64,000 nt of DNA from Octopus sinensis (GCF_006345805.1 NC_043000.1:134912001-134976000), one strand, 5' to 3'; shown: positions 52,950 to 64,000, counted from the stretch's first letter. Notes: generated by a model from the sequence alone, not told the origin. Numbers and translations: made by a program.

Positions 52950-53135
52950 CACGAAAAGAGCTAAAAAGTTCCTGGCCTTGGATAAAAGAAAATAGAGGAG
53001 GATAATTTAATTATGATTTTCTTCAACATATTCTCCTCTCAGTTTCACACACTTATTGCAGAGGTCCTTCAGTTTTTCTAAGCCCTGTAAAAGAACTCCG
53101 AAGGCTGAGTATCCAGCGACACTCTTAGAGACACT
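52950..53135 (-). mobile_element. Mariner 3' end remnant
   Basis: TIR-like AAAAGTTCCTGGCCTT; the minus strand encodes a decayed transposase C-terminus (FYRA...ENMLKK-like end). Confidence 0.55.
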
Positions 53136-53347
53136 CTTAGAGCCAGGATCTCGTATGTATATAAATGTATATACATATATGGAGAGAAGAGAGAGAGAGG
53201 GGAGAGAGAGAGAGAGAAAGAAAGAGAGAGAGAGAGGGGGCAGGGTAGAGAGAGTTGTAGAGAGAATGTGCTTTTTATCAGTCTTATGAACAACTTACCA
53301 AACTCTGTGTGTGCGTGCGTTGCGGGGGAGGGGGCGTGTGTGTGTCT

Positions 53348-53515
53348 TCTATTGGGTTGTCCGGAAAGTTCGAGCCGATTTATAGTAGCTTACCTTTCGA
53401 CTTACCCTCCCAGGCACCTCAATTCTGGGATTAGGGTATTTTCAAGTTAAAGGAAAGATGGAGACGCATTGTGCAACAAAATGGCTCGTATTTGGTTGAT
53501 TAAAAACGTAATGGC
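53348..53515 (+). mobile_element. Internally deleted mariner remnant
   Basis: Starts TATTGGGTTGTCCGGAAAGTT; encodes GIFKLKERWRRIVQQNGSYLVD*. Confidence 0.75.
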
Positions 53516-53555
53516 AAATATTTATTGACCTTTTTCTTTCTTTTAAAAATCTGAC

Positions 53556-53626
53556 AACCCAATATTTTTAATCATATAAACCCAATATTTTTAATCATAT
53601 AAACCCAATATTTTTAATCATATAAA
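53556..53626. repeat. Three tandem copies of a ~23-bp unit (AACCCAATATTTTTAATCATATA)
   Basis: Direct reading. Confidence 0.9.
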
Positions 53627-53629
53627 TTT

Positions 53630-54000
53630 TTTCTCCCTCTCAATATCATATCTTCTCCACTACGATTCCCCAAAACTTGAGAACTACACAACCAATTTCA
53701 TTCAAATTTTACACATGCCTTACTTAGGGTCCATGTAGTTTCATGGGCAAAACAAATGTTCAACTTCTTGCCTAGAGCGAACCCATAGCAATATCATATC
53801 TTCTACAATATTTCAGTATTACGTGTTAAAAGTGAAACAAAAACGTTTCTGTATCTTACGTCAGATACTTTCACTTTAACAATAAAAATAATAATAACAA
53901 TTGAATTATATGTAGTAAGTAATAATTAAAATCAAACTAAAGTAACATTACAAAAGTAAAAATAGCAATTGGTATAAAATTGCATCAATGATTTGAACTT
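53630..54000 (+). mobile_element. Helitron/HINE-like non-autonomous element (same family as 58219-58490)
   Basis: Shares AAAACTTGAGAACTACACAACCAATTTCATTCAAATTTTACACATGCCTTACTTAGGGTCCATG...CAGATACTTTCACTTTAA. Confidence 0.7.
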
Positions 54001-54134
54001 GAATAAGTGGTTTCACAAGAATGGGAATAAATTAAAAATAAAATTAGCGTTTAGAAATGGAATAGTCCAGATGGATAATAAAAAATTAAATTAAAGAAAA
54101 GACTATTGTCTATAAAGTATACAATGTAGAGAAA

Positions 54135-55809
54135 AAAGGTCGCGTTTTTTTGCGCTCTGTAAAATTCGGTTAAAAAAAAAAAAGAAAAAACAACAAAAAG
54201 TGAATTGTGGTTGCGGAATTGGAACGTCGGTTGGTGCGGTTTCGCGTCGCACTGGTTCTGTGCGTCGCACGTTTTCTGTTCGGGAGGCCGTTTTTCGGTC
54301 TGAGGCGACTATGAGCCGCCTCTACCAAACGGATGAGATGGAAGGGAGAAATTTCTCTGAAAATTCGTCGACATCTGAGGAGGAGTTGGCGGTGAAAAAA
54401 ATGGAAAGCACCTATGCAGGTATAACGAAGAAGTCAACAGAAAAGAGATAGACCTGGCTAAGTTGACGGACTTCCAGGAGTTCATGAAGGAGGAGGAGAA
54501 CGGAGAGGTTGAGCTGTTGCCTCTAGCAGGGCGCGGAGACTGGTTCCATCGTAGAACCATTAAATATAAAGTATTTATGAATGGAGGTAGAAAAATGGAA
54601 GTGATTAACATGGAAGCAATTGAAGAGGCTTTCAAACGGACAGGAGAAGAAATTGTGTACATGACAAAAGGATTAGAATATGGAACCATAACGGTACAAT
54701 TTAAAAGTGAGAAAGCAGCCAGGAATATAGCAGCCAGGTGGTGAGTACAGAAAAGTTTTACTTGTTCCCCTCGTATTTGAATAGAAGGACCACCAGAATT
54801 AGGGTGGAAGGAATACCTCCACACCTAGAGGGCGAATTAATAACGGCTGCGGTTATCAAAGGAAATGAAGATAAAGTGGACATCCTCCACGCCATTATGA
54901 AATATGAAGGCGTGAGAGGTGCCACACTAGTAATGAACATACAGACGGAGGCGGAAGTTATAGAAAAGCTTACGGACAGTATAAAAACTGGAAATATTAT
55001 TATGAGAGTGTGGGTGGAGGGTAGGGCGCCCAGTGCTACAAGTGTGGCCTGAGGGGTCACATAAGAGCCTACTGCCCTCCACCACTAAAGGAAAAAGAAA
55101 AGGAAATCGTCGCGGAAGCCCCAAAAGAGGAAGAAACCAAAGAGAACCAAAGGGAAAAAGAAACGACAGAAAGAAGATGCAACAAGAGTGGGAAGAAGGA
55201 AGAAAAAAGAAAAAAGAAAAGAAAAAGAAAAACTGTGCGAAGCCCAACCCCCCCAACACCACCCGCACCCTCTGAATCCTACCCTTCCCTGCAGACAGTG
55301 AACCCACCCGCTCCCCTCCAACAAGAAAACAAAAGAAAATAACAATACAGACAGACAAGAGTTTGAAAACGAACCCAGGCCGAACTTTATATTGTGACTG
55401 AACAGAAAGAGGTTGAAAGGGTAATGGAGGAGTATGAATGGTATGAAATGGATGGGACCAGATATGCAGTGCTGGAAAAGAAGAATATAGATGAGTTTGT
55501 GTTGAGGTGTGAAAGGGAGAATTGGGAGGTGAAAGATACAAGAATGAGCGATGAATTCGTGGAATATATGGAGGACAGTTTCGGAGTAAGAATGGATATG
55601 GATGGTCTTCGTATTGGGAATGAACATTCAGGTGACAGTGAAAACAAAAGGACAGGTAAGTGATGCTGGCGGAGGGGGCCGTTAGCATCGCTTTCATATT
55701 ATCATTTTTTCATTTTCATTTGCTCATAAATTTAATCATATTGTTCTATGTCCCCCATGTTTTGTTATGTCCGCCATTCTTCGTAGCCCCTGGTGGGTAA
55801 TAAAGAAAT
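54135..55809 (+). mobile_element. Unit A: ORF1-only non-LTR retroelement (L1/Tx1-type ORF1, HAL1-like), frameshifted
   Basis: CpG-rich 5' UTR, then ORF 54311-55663 in pieces: MESTYAG, an RRM-like TIKYKVF...GTITVQFKSEKAA, and FPSYLNRRTTRIRVEGIP. It continues WVEGRAP-CYKCGLRGHIRAYC (55034-55075), a K/E-rich linker and a C-terminal domain. The 3' UTR ends GTAGCCCCTGGTGGGTAATAAAGAAAT; no APE or RT. Confidence 0.8.
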
Positions 55810-55822
55810 AACATGGAGGAAA

Positions 55823-57740
55823 TCTACCCAAGTGTGTTGTGAGTTATTTTTGCATGTGAAACTTTGGAAAAAAACTGTTAAAAATTGTCAAAAAAAATTG
55901 AATCGCGCGAGGCGTTTGCCGCTGCATGTTTGAACCTTTTATAGAAGGTGTGTCGACCCTCAAGTCATGGAGACTTACGCGGGGGTCGCCACAACAAAAA
56001 GTGACGAGTCACTTAGAATAAAAGAAGTGTTCTTTAGAAAAGAACAATTGAAGGAATACGAGAAGTTCGTCAAAAGGAGGGTGACAGCGTGAAGCTGGTC
56101 CCGCCTGTGGAAACAATAGAAGAAAAAAATAACAAGACGATAACGTATAGAACGCAAGATAGAAACACGAGAAAACTGGTGAGAGTGACGATTGAAGAAA
56201 TAGAGAAATGTCTGGGGGACATCATGAAAAAAGCGACTTTTGTAGACAGAGGAAAGAAATATGGTACGGTGGAGGTGAGATGCGCAACAAAGGAAGTGGC
56301 GGCCTCATTGGCTTCCACTGTCCTGAAAGCGGAAAATTTCACCATGTGGCCGACGTATAAAGGAAGACGAGGGGTACGGGTAAGAGTCCCAAAGGTGCCC
56401 CCAAATATTAAAACAGAAATGCTGGTAACAGCCATTATTGGGGCAGCAAAAGAGGAAGTAGAAATAGGGTCAATTAAGGAGACGAACGTTGTAAATTGGA
56501 AGGGATTCGGAGTCGAGTTGTGGCTGATGGCCACAATTGAAGACATCGAAAGATTTCCCTTCCAAATAGAAATAGAAAACGAAAAAAACAATTAGTGTAA
56601 TAGTGGAAGGCAGAAAACCGAATTGCTACCTGTGCGGTTCAAGAGGGCACATAAAAAAGGAATGTCCGCTGTATGAATTCACAGCGGAGCAAAAAGAGAC
56701 ACACAGTGGAGAGAAGGAAAACGAACACGAAGGAAAGAACAGCGAAAACAAGGAAAAGGAAATAACGGAGAAACAACAAGAGAAGGGAAGTAACAGCGCA
56801 CTGAAGGAAAATGAAAACAAAGGAAGAAGATAGTAGAAAAGGAGCAAAATTCACAGGGTGCAGAAGTAGAGGAGAAGGAGCCAAGGCAGAAGCAAGAGAA
56901 AGAAAAGGAAAGTACATTAAGGAAAGAGAAAAAGCAGGAAAAGACAAGAGAAGGAACAGAACCAAGAAAGGAAAATATGGTATGCAAAAAGGAAAAGAAA
57001 CAACAGGAAAGGAACTTAAGGCACAGGGTAGAGAGACGGCAGACAAAGAGCCAAAAAGACAAGAGAAGGAAAAAGAAAGAAGAGAAAAGCAAAAAGAGAG
57101 AAAGAGAGAAACCGAGGGAGGAGAAAAAAGAGGAAGTAAGTCCTAAGAGAAAAACTAGAGAAAACGCAGGTACGAATAGAAAATTCAAATACTATGGAAC
57201 GTTGATCCATCACAAGCACTGTGAGGAGATGGAAATTTAATAAGCGAAACAAACGGATATACGTGGGTCAGGATGGGCACCGAATGGAAAGAAACAGGTG
57301 CACTCGTCCACGAGAACGACGCCGAGGCGTTCATCGAGGCAGCTGGCGAGAACGTGTTAAAACATATGAAATGCCGACTTCCAAGGTGGCCTCGAACGAT
57401 GGAAATTTACTCAGATTTGGTAGACATAATGGAGTAATATAAAAAGAAAAGGTATGTGAAAACTTTAATTTGGAAATGATAAAAGAACTTTAAATTCGGA
57501 AAAAAAAAAAAAAAAAAGAAATGTTGAACTTTGTAAAACTTTTTGAAATGTATGTTGAAAATGTAAAAATGTTTTATTTGAAAATATTGTTGACGAATAA
57601 AAATAAATGACGAAATGTAACCGCTCGATTACGGGGATCGAGTGGGCATTGCACCACATTGTACAAACTTCATAATTCATTATTCATTTTCCCGATTGTA
57701 TTGTCCCATCTATGTAGCCCCTAGTGGGTAATAATAAAAC
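55823..57740 (+). mobile_element. Unit B: divergent paralogous ORF1-only retroelement flanked by 13-bp direct repeats
   Basis: ATG at 55967 (METYAG), TITYRT...YGTVEVRCATKEVA, WPTYKGRRGVRVRVPKVP and VEGRKPN-CYLCGSRGHIKKEC (56624-56665). The tail is GTAGCCCCTAGTGGGTAATAATAAAAC, with AACATGGAGGAAA at 55810-55822 and 57741-57753. Confidence 0.8.
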
Positions 57741-58045
57741 AACATGGAGGAAAGCACCTTCGAAAAGTATCTTGCAGCGACTATGAAAGGTATCTAATCA
57801 GAGGCGGTAAATTCGCCACAATAGAAACGAAGTGTGCAAGGGAGTACTCGACTCGAACTTCCAAAGTGGAAATATTTTATTGTTACCTTTATATCTGGGA
57901 CGTAGGACGTCCCGGAAAAAATTTAAATGCCCTCAACCCCACCCCTGAAGTAGAGGTAGGCTAGATTGTAGCCACACTTCTATACAAGAGGGAGGACATG
58001 ATACAAATGATCGAAATTACAAGAGACGGGCTAACAATTCCAGTC
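57741..58045 (+). pseudogene. Unit C: internal ORF1 fragment of a third paralogue
   Basis: With shifts: MEESTFEKYLAATMKG.YLIRGGKFATIETKCA, QSGNILLLPLYLGRRTSR and EVG*IVATLLYKREDMIQMIEIT, collinear with units A and B. Confidence 0.7.
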
Positions 58046-58165
58046 TGTTATATATTTTGAGTATTGTTATCACTAGCGATATCAAGATATAACATTGTAT
58101 TTTGTATTTTATGTGTAGATGTATATATATAGATGTACATGTAATATATACACATATATACATGC

Positions 58166-58206
58166 ACTAGCACTATGACCCGGTAACGACGGGTCTTTAA
58201 TGCTAG
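58166..58206 (+). mobile_element. Helitron-type 3' terminus (hairpin plus CTAG)
   Basis: GACCCG(GTAACGA)CGGGTC-TTTAATG-CTAG-T. Confidence 0.7.
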
Positions 58207-58218
58207 TATCTATATATA

Positions 58219-58490
58219 TCTATATATATAAAACTGAGAATGTGTGTCTGTCTGTCCATGTGTTTCCCTAAAACTTGAGAACTACACAACCAATTTCATT
58301 CAAATTTTACACATGCCTTACTTAGGGTCCATGTATGCCATGGGCAAAAAACTTCTAACGTCTTCCCTAGGACGAGCCTACAGCAATATCATATCTTCTT
58401 CACTATTTCAGTATTCATAAAAATGAAACAAAAACATCCCTCTATTGTAATGTCAGATACTTTCACTTTAATACTGAAACTATTAAAGTC
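58219..58490 (+). mobile_element. Helitron/HINE-like non-autonomous element, 5' part
   Basis: TCTATATATATAAAACTGAGAATGTGTGTCTGTCTGTCC, then homology to 53668-53880. Confidence 0.7.
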
Positions 58491-58810
58491 AAACTATTAT
58501 ATAAGAGGGATGAACCATTAACAGTGGACATCCATTTTGCTAAAAGAAGATCCGCTATGGTCTTGTATGCTACACCACTGGTTTTCAATTCATATCAATC
58601 AAGTTAATAATCAATTTCTCACCCTTATTTTAAATTTAAATTTAAACCCAGAACCATGTGTTTTGGAACGAAGTTTGTTACCACACAGCCACACCTACAC
58701 CTATGTATGTGTGTGTGTATGTGTGTATATCTGTGTATGTGTGTATAGCTGTATATGTATACATTTATTTCTATACATAAAGATGTATATGTATAAATGC
58801 ATATGAGTAG

Positions 58811-58847
<37 letters not shown>

Positions 58848-58927
58848 TATATATATATAGATGTACACATATATATTCACATATATACATGCATACATAT
58901 ATACACCCATACACACATACACACACA

Positions 58928-59313
58928 CAGGTGCAGGTATAGTTGTGTGGTAACAAACTTCGTTCCAAAACACATGGTCCTCAGTTCAGTCCCACTGTGT
59001 GGTGACTTGGCATGTGTCTTCTGCTATAGCCTCAGACCAACCAAAGCCTTGTCAGTGGATTTTGTAGACAGAAACTGAAAGAAATCAATCGTATATATAT
59101 GTATGTATATATGTAAGTCTGTGTGTGTGTTTGTGTTTTTCACAAATCACTGCCTCACAAGTGGTGTTCGTTTATTTACATCCCCATCACAAGAAGAAAC
59201 TGATAGAAAAGTACCAGGCTTATCAAAATAAAAAGAAAACCACCAGGCAGTATCTCATACTTTTGTTTGCCCGCACAATTTATCTTTATGTGTGTGTACA
59301 TACACACACACAC

Positions 59314-59354
<41 letters not shown>

Positions 59355-59680
59355 TAGAAGAGAGAGAGAGAGAGAGAGAAGAGAGAGGAGAGAGAGAGAG
59401 AGAGAGATTTCGTAGACAGAAACTTAAAGAAATCAATCGATATATATATGTATGTATATATTAAGTGTATGTGTGTGACTTTGTTTCTGGTTTCACCCTC
59501 ATCACTGCTTCACAACTGCTCTTCATTTATTTACATCCCCATAACTTACTGGTTTCAAAAAGAAGAAACTAATAGAATAAGTACCAGGCTTATCAACATA
59601 AAAAAACCACTACGCTGAGTCTCATATTTTTCTTTGCCCACTCAGCTGTATCTATCAATTTATCTTTGTGCGTGTGTATA
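58928..59680 (+). mobile_element. Old SINE-A copy with tandem duplication of its middle (59060-59300, 59412-59680)
   Basis: Both segments start GTAGACAGAAACT.AAAGAAATCAATCG and contain TTTATTTACATCCCCAT and AAGTACCAGGCTTATCAA. Confidence 0.75.
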
Positions 59681-59754
59681 TATATATAATACACAACACA
59701 CGCACGTACGCATATATATTGTATATATATATATTATAGATATATATATATATT

Positions 59755-60058
59755 CTCTTTCTCTTTTCTCTTTTACTTGTTTCAGTCATTTGACTGCGGC
59801 CATGCTGGAGCACCACCTTTAGTCGAGCAAATCGACCCTGGGACTTTAGGGGGACAACACCAGATACACAAACACACAATAATATACAATATATATACAT
59901 ATATACGACAGGCTTCTTTCAGTTTCCGTCTACCAAATCCCTCACAAGGCATTTGTCGGCCGGGGCTATAGCAGAAGACACTTGCCCAAGGTGCCACGCA
60001 GTGGGACTGAACCCGGAACCATGTGGTTGGTTAGCAAGCTACTTACCACACAGCCACA
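59755..60058 (-). mobile_element. SINE family A, internally deleted copy
   Basis: Tail and head intact; the middle segment is missing. Confidence 0.88.
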
Positions 60059-60068
60059 TATAATACAA

Positions 60069-60190
<122 letters not shown>

Positions 60191-60227
60191 TACATGTATG
60201 TATATGTGTACATTCATATTTATTATA

Positions 60228-61873
60228 TCAAAGACAATGTCTTTATGTGTTCGTGTATTACTTATACATTCGAAAATTGCTGCACCGATCATAATGAAAT
60301 TTGGAACACAAAATCCAAGCCTAGGGAGAAGGGTAATGCTGTGTGTTTCATACGTCATGGACCAAAATTACTGAATGGATCCTTATGATATTTGAAACTT
60401 AGATTCAATGCATAAGGGCGGGTATAATGCAATATGTTTGGTTTGAATTTCAGATGGCTTAAAGGGGGCAGAACCCCCAAGGAAATTCATAAATTTTCGA
60501 TGTTGATGAAATTTCAACCATGGGTTATTGACACACATCAAGAAGTATTCTCAAAGTTTCCACTTCATATGAGGATTCTAAGACACACAAATGGGGGCCT
60601 TAACTCCCAAATTTTAGTCATTTCTTTTTTGATCCAAATCCAAATCTTTATGAAATTTGGAAATTATATTCTATGCATAAGGGCCATAACCCCCATGACA
60701 ATTCATGTATTTTTACCTTTGAGGAAATTTTAACCATAGATATTAGACACAAATAAAGTAATATCTATAAAATTTCATCTTCTTACAAGTTATAAAGAAC
60801 CCACCATAGGGACTTAACACCCATAATTTTCTCATTTTATCAAAACAAAAACGAATACAGTTGTGCTCTTGGAAGCTGTAGGGTTACCCGAGCATAAAAG
60901 TTGAGCATTATTTCTAATTCAATGGTACAACAATGTAACAGTTTGCTTTGACATACACTTACATTGTGATTTCTGCAATGTGCTGCATAAATTATTAAGT
61001 AAATGAGAGGCATCTTTGCCTCCACTGATTCAGTTGCTAAGTATTGAGTAAAGTTATTTGATTGCAGACCTCCTTTCAGTCTTTTTATTATCACTCGGTC
61101 ACACATAGTCCCCACATGGTAACATTGATTTCAAGGCCTTCTCAGATGAGTGACTGGTTATTCAAAGACATTTATAGATTGTAAATTTATTCTGTCCAGT
61201 TACATATCAGTATAGTGGTCATTTGCAAACTCCAACTTTCATTTCTCCTTAGCCCTCACGTCAGACAGTTGTTAATGTTTATTTCAGTTGGGTCACGCCC
61301 TTCCAATTGCTATAGATTCGTAATGCATCTTACTGCTGTGCCTGTCACCTGGATGGTAAGGAATCCTACATTGGGAGTGGTAACGTCTAGGGTACTGTAG
61401 CTGACTGCTTATTGTGATCATTCGTCTTTTGGTTTCCTGTAGCTTTGCTCTCTTTTACAAACCCAGTGAACATATATTTCCTATTTCAAAGAAATTCAAA
61501 CAATAGATATAAGACCCAAGTAAAAAAGATTCTCAACAATTCAACTTCTGTGGTTGATATTAAGATGCCCACCCCCAACAGGGGTCTTAACTCTCGCATT
61601 TTAGAGCTCTATGACCTTCATTTTTCAGGAGCAAAATCTTTTTAACAGGTTCAATAAAACATGAATTTTGGAATATGCGCATAAAAATCAGTAATATGGA
61701 ATATATGTGACACGATTACAATTTTGGGGGGGTCTGTAACGAGGAAAATAACCCTCATCTGCAATTTTGATGAAATTCGAAACATAAATATTCCAGTTCA
61801 TTAGAGAAAATATAACAGAAAAGTATAATTCTTCAATTGTATGTAACACAGGCAACGCCGGGTATCTCTGCTA

Positions 61874-61876
<3 letters not shown>
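60228..61876 (+). mobile_element. ~1.65-kb Helitron/HINE-like non-autonomous element
   Basis: 5' TATTATATCAAAGACAATGTC...CACCGATCATAATGAAATTTGG; 3' CAGGCAACGCCGGGTATCTCTG-CTAG-T. The boundaries are inferred from the termini only. Confidence 0.55.
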
Positions 61877-61909
<33 letters not shown>

Positions 61910-61912
<3 letters not shown>

Positions 61913-62051
61913 CTTGAGCGATCTCAAGATTAATCAGCCGAAATTGCGAGGATGATCCGGTTCTTGACTGAAGATTGAAGGTTCGAATGTCCGTGTTTTT
62001 GTATCGTCTTCTAAATGTTTTACGTTCTTGTCCCAGTTTGTATTTTTCTAC

Positions 62052-62060
<9 letters not shown>
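61910..62060 (+). mobile_element. PLE pLTR-like remnant with a perfect 9-bp hairpin
   Basis: AATCTTGAG(CGAT)CTCAAGATT-AATCAGCC-GAAATTGCG, and later CTGAAGA...TTCGAATGTCC. Confidence 0.45.
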
Positions 62061-62082
<22 letters not shown>

Positions 62083-62811
62083 AAGTATATATAATATATA
62101 TATATATATATAATATTATATATATACAATAACCCTCTAAAAGAAAGATAGATTAGAAAATAAAATAAAAACTAACCATGAAAATTCTAAAGTCATTTGT
62201 TATAATTAACTTCATTATCGTAGTTCAAGGGGTCAAGCAGCAACAAATTAAAAGTCACTAAAGAAATTCAAATGTGTATAAGAGACAAAAATGTTGGAGT
62301 TAATTATTTTACAGAGAAAAAATTGATTAATTGAAATTTATGGAGAATACTTAAATATAGTTAATTTTTAATTATTATTGATAATATTTTATTTGTAATT
62401 AATTTTACGTGCAAGCTTATAGATTACTGTTAATAAATCATATTTAAGTGAGATGGTGATATCAGTGGTTGGAAGTAATCCAGCGTGAAGGAATTAGATA
62501 ATAATTACTGAAGTGAGTGTTGTTTATTTTGTTTCGTTGTGAAATCTCGGCGGTTAACTTTAGCTGTAAGGTTTGTCTACTTTGAAGTATATTAGTTCGG
62601 CTTTTTTACGGTTGTATGGGAGGTCATCAGGCAAAGAGTGCTTCCTAAGAAGCTCGCTGCGGACACATAGAATATTATTTTCTTCACTTTTCAGCATTAT
62701 GTTATAATGTATTTATTTTTGCTGCTGTTATTTAGCAAGTGTTGTCTGAGAGAGACTATACGATATTCGAAGGCTGACTGCACTTACCTCTTGACTATAT
62801 TTTCATCTCTT

Positions 62812-63262
62812 AGTTAGTTAGTTAATTTTTTGGCTCAAAAAGCAAAAAGCAAGGCCATGTAGGGGGACATGGAGTTATGTACAGGGTGGTGTTCATGTAA
62901 AGAGTTCAGGCCACTTGTGGTCAAGGGAGACTTTGAACCGAGCGGTCGTCGGCATCTTCACTACCTCGTCTGGCAGCTTATTCCACGGATCCGCAACCCG
63001 GACGGAGAAAGCCCCTCTCCTTCGATTGAGATGAAATCGTCGCAGATAGAGCTTTTCGGAATGACTCCGCAGCCGACGCTCTGGAGCAGGAGTGAAGAAC
63101 AGCTCTTTCGAGAGGTTACACTTTCCGCTTATGATGTTGTGAGCAAGAATGAGATCACCACGTCGTCGTTTTTCTAGAGAATAAAGGTTGAGCGTCTTCA
63201 GCCTTTCTTCATAAGACAAATTCTTGAGACCAAGAACCATGCGGGTAGTCAGCTTCTTAGAC
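62812..63262 (-). mobile_element. CR1-clade LINE 3' end with (AACT)n tail
   Basis: ORF 62893-63240: LKNLSYEERLKTLNLYSLEKRRRGDLI...RSHSEKL...FSVRVADPWNKLPDEVV. Confidence 0.92.
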
Positions 63263-63299
63263 GTTTCTAGTTGATGTTAGTGGCTTGCAGATTTTAAGA

Positions 63300-64000
63300 T
63301 CTGTGGAGTGTATTTCTTCTACAGACAAGTCAAGTATCTCAAATGTTGGAATCATCACTGGTACTGAAAATGCATTATAGGACATTGTCTTGTTTGTAAA
63401 AGGAGGTTTCAGACTGCTATATTTTTGCAAATATGGCTATTCTCGAATGACTCTGTCTTTATTCACAGCACTTCCATTTGATATTTTTGTATGCCTAGGT
63501 ACTTGTAGCATTCTTTGAGTGAGACAGAAGAGATAATGAGATTTTCTCCATTCAACAATCAATTTGGCCAAATTCCATTCTTATGTCAGTTGAAAATGTT
63601 ATTAATTCCAACAGCTTTTTTTGGCATAGTTAACATTTTTAGCATAAATAGTCTTCCGCAAAGAAATTATGGTTTACATTAATATCTCTATCAGTTGCTA
63701 ATCCTAGCATGTAGCCATTTGATTTTTGTAGCAGGAATGATAATGCCAAAATGAACAGAAGTACTGAAAGACTATCTCCTTGGAATTTTCCCTTTGAAAT
63801 ATTTATAATATTGGAGAGGATCGTTTCGCTCTCAGTTCTAAGTGCAAGAATTATTTCTCAAGTCTTTGTGAACCTTTCAATGGCAGCAATTAACGTAGCA
63901 TATACTTTTGCCAAATAGAAACACATCAGCAGCCATCAGTAGGGAATAGAATGTAATGCGTTCCTATAATCAAGACATACAGTTACAAGGCTACTTTGAC
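63300..64000 (-). mobile_element. R2/R4-type non-LTR RT remnant, heavily decayed
   Basis: DYRNALHSIPY*WL, FQGDSLSVLLFILAL, NHNFFAED, TFSTDIRMEFG and YKYLGI. Confidence 0.8.

Noticed and set aside
54927-55697. 256-aa minus-strand ORF and other antisense F/S/L-rich ORFs at 56639-57252
   Set aside because: These are antisense shadows of the purine-rich ORF1 strand.
55800-55830. U2 snRNA (Keno-type) or rDNA target site for the ORF1 elements
   Set aside because: No U2, rRNA or tRNA sequence is recognisable at any junction.

Overview
AT-rich, microsatellite-dense animal DNA, most consistent with intergenic or intronic octopus (coleoid cephalopod) sequence. This assignment comes from recall of the SINE families and composition, not from a search. 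No intact host protein-coding gene is recognisable, and most ORF-track entries are translated (TA)n, (CA)n, (TATG)n or triplet repeats. The window is a graveyard of mobile elements. It holds many copies of three tRNA-derived SINE families and decayed RTE, RTE-X, CR1 and R4/Dong-type LINE fragments. It also holds Penelope-like (PLE) fragments with roughly ten decayed minimal hammerhead-like motifs, mariner/Tc1, hAT and Helitron-like remnants, a 5'-truncated tRNA-Gly and a 100-N gap. The standout is 54.1-58.0 kb: a head-to-tail stack of three divergent homologues of an L1/Tx1-type ORF1 (RRM-like region plus CCHC knuckle) with no endonuclease or RT. Units A and B end in the same ~26-nt 3' tail as the window's SINE-B family, and each is followed by the same 13-mer, AACATGGAGGAAA. 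This suggests an ORF1-only ('half-LINE') family that inserts at a preferred site inside its own relatives and shares a partner RT with a SINE. That model is inference and needs the genome-wide checks listed.
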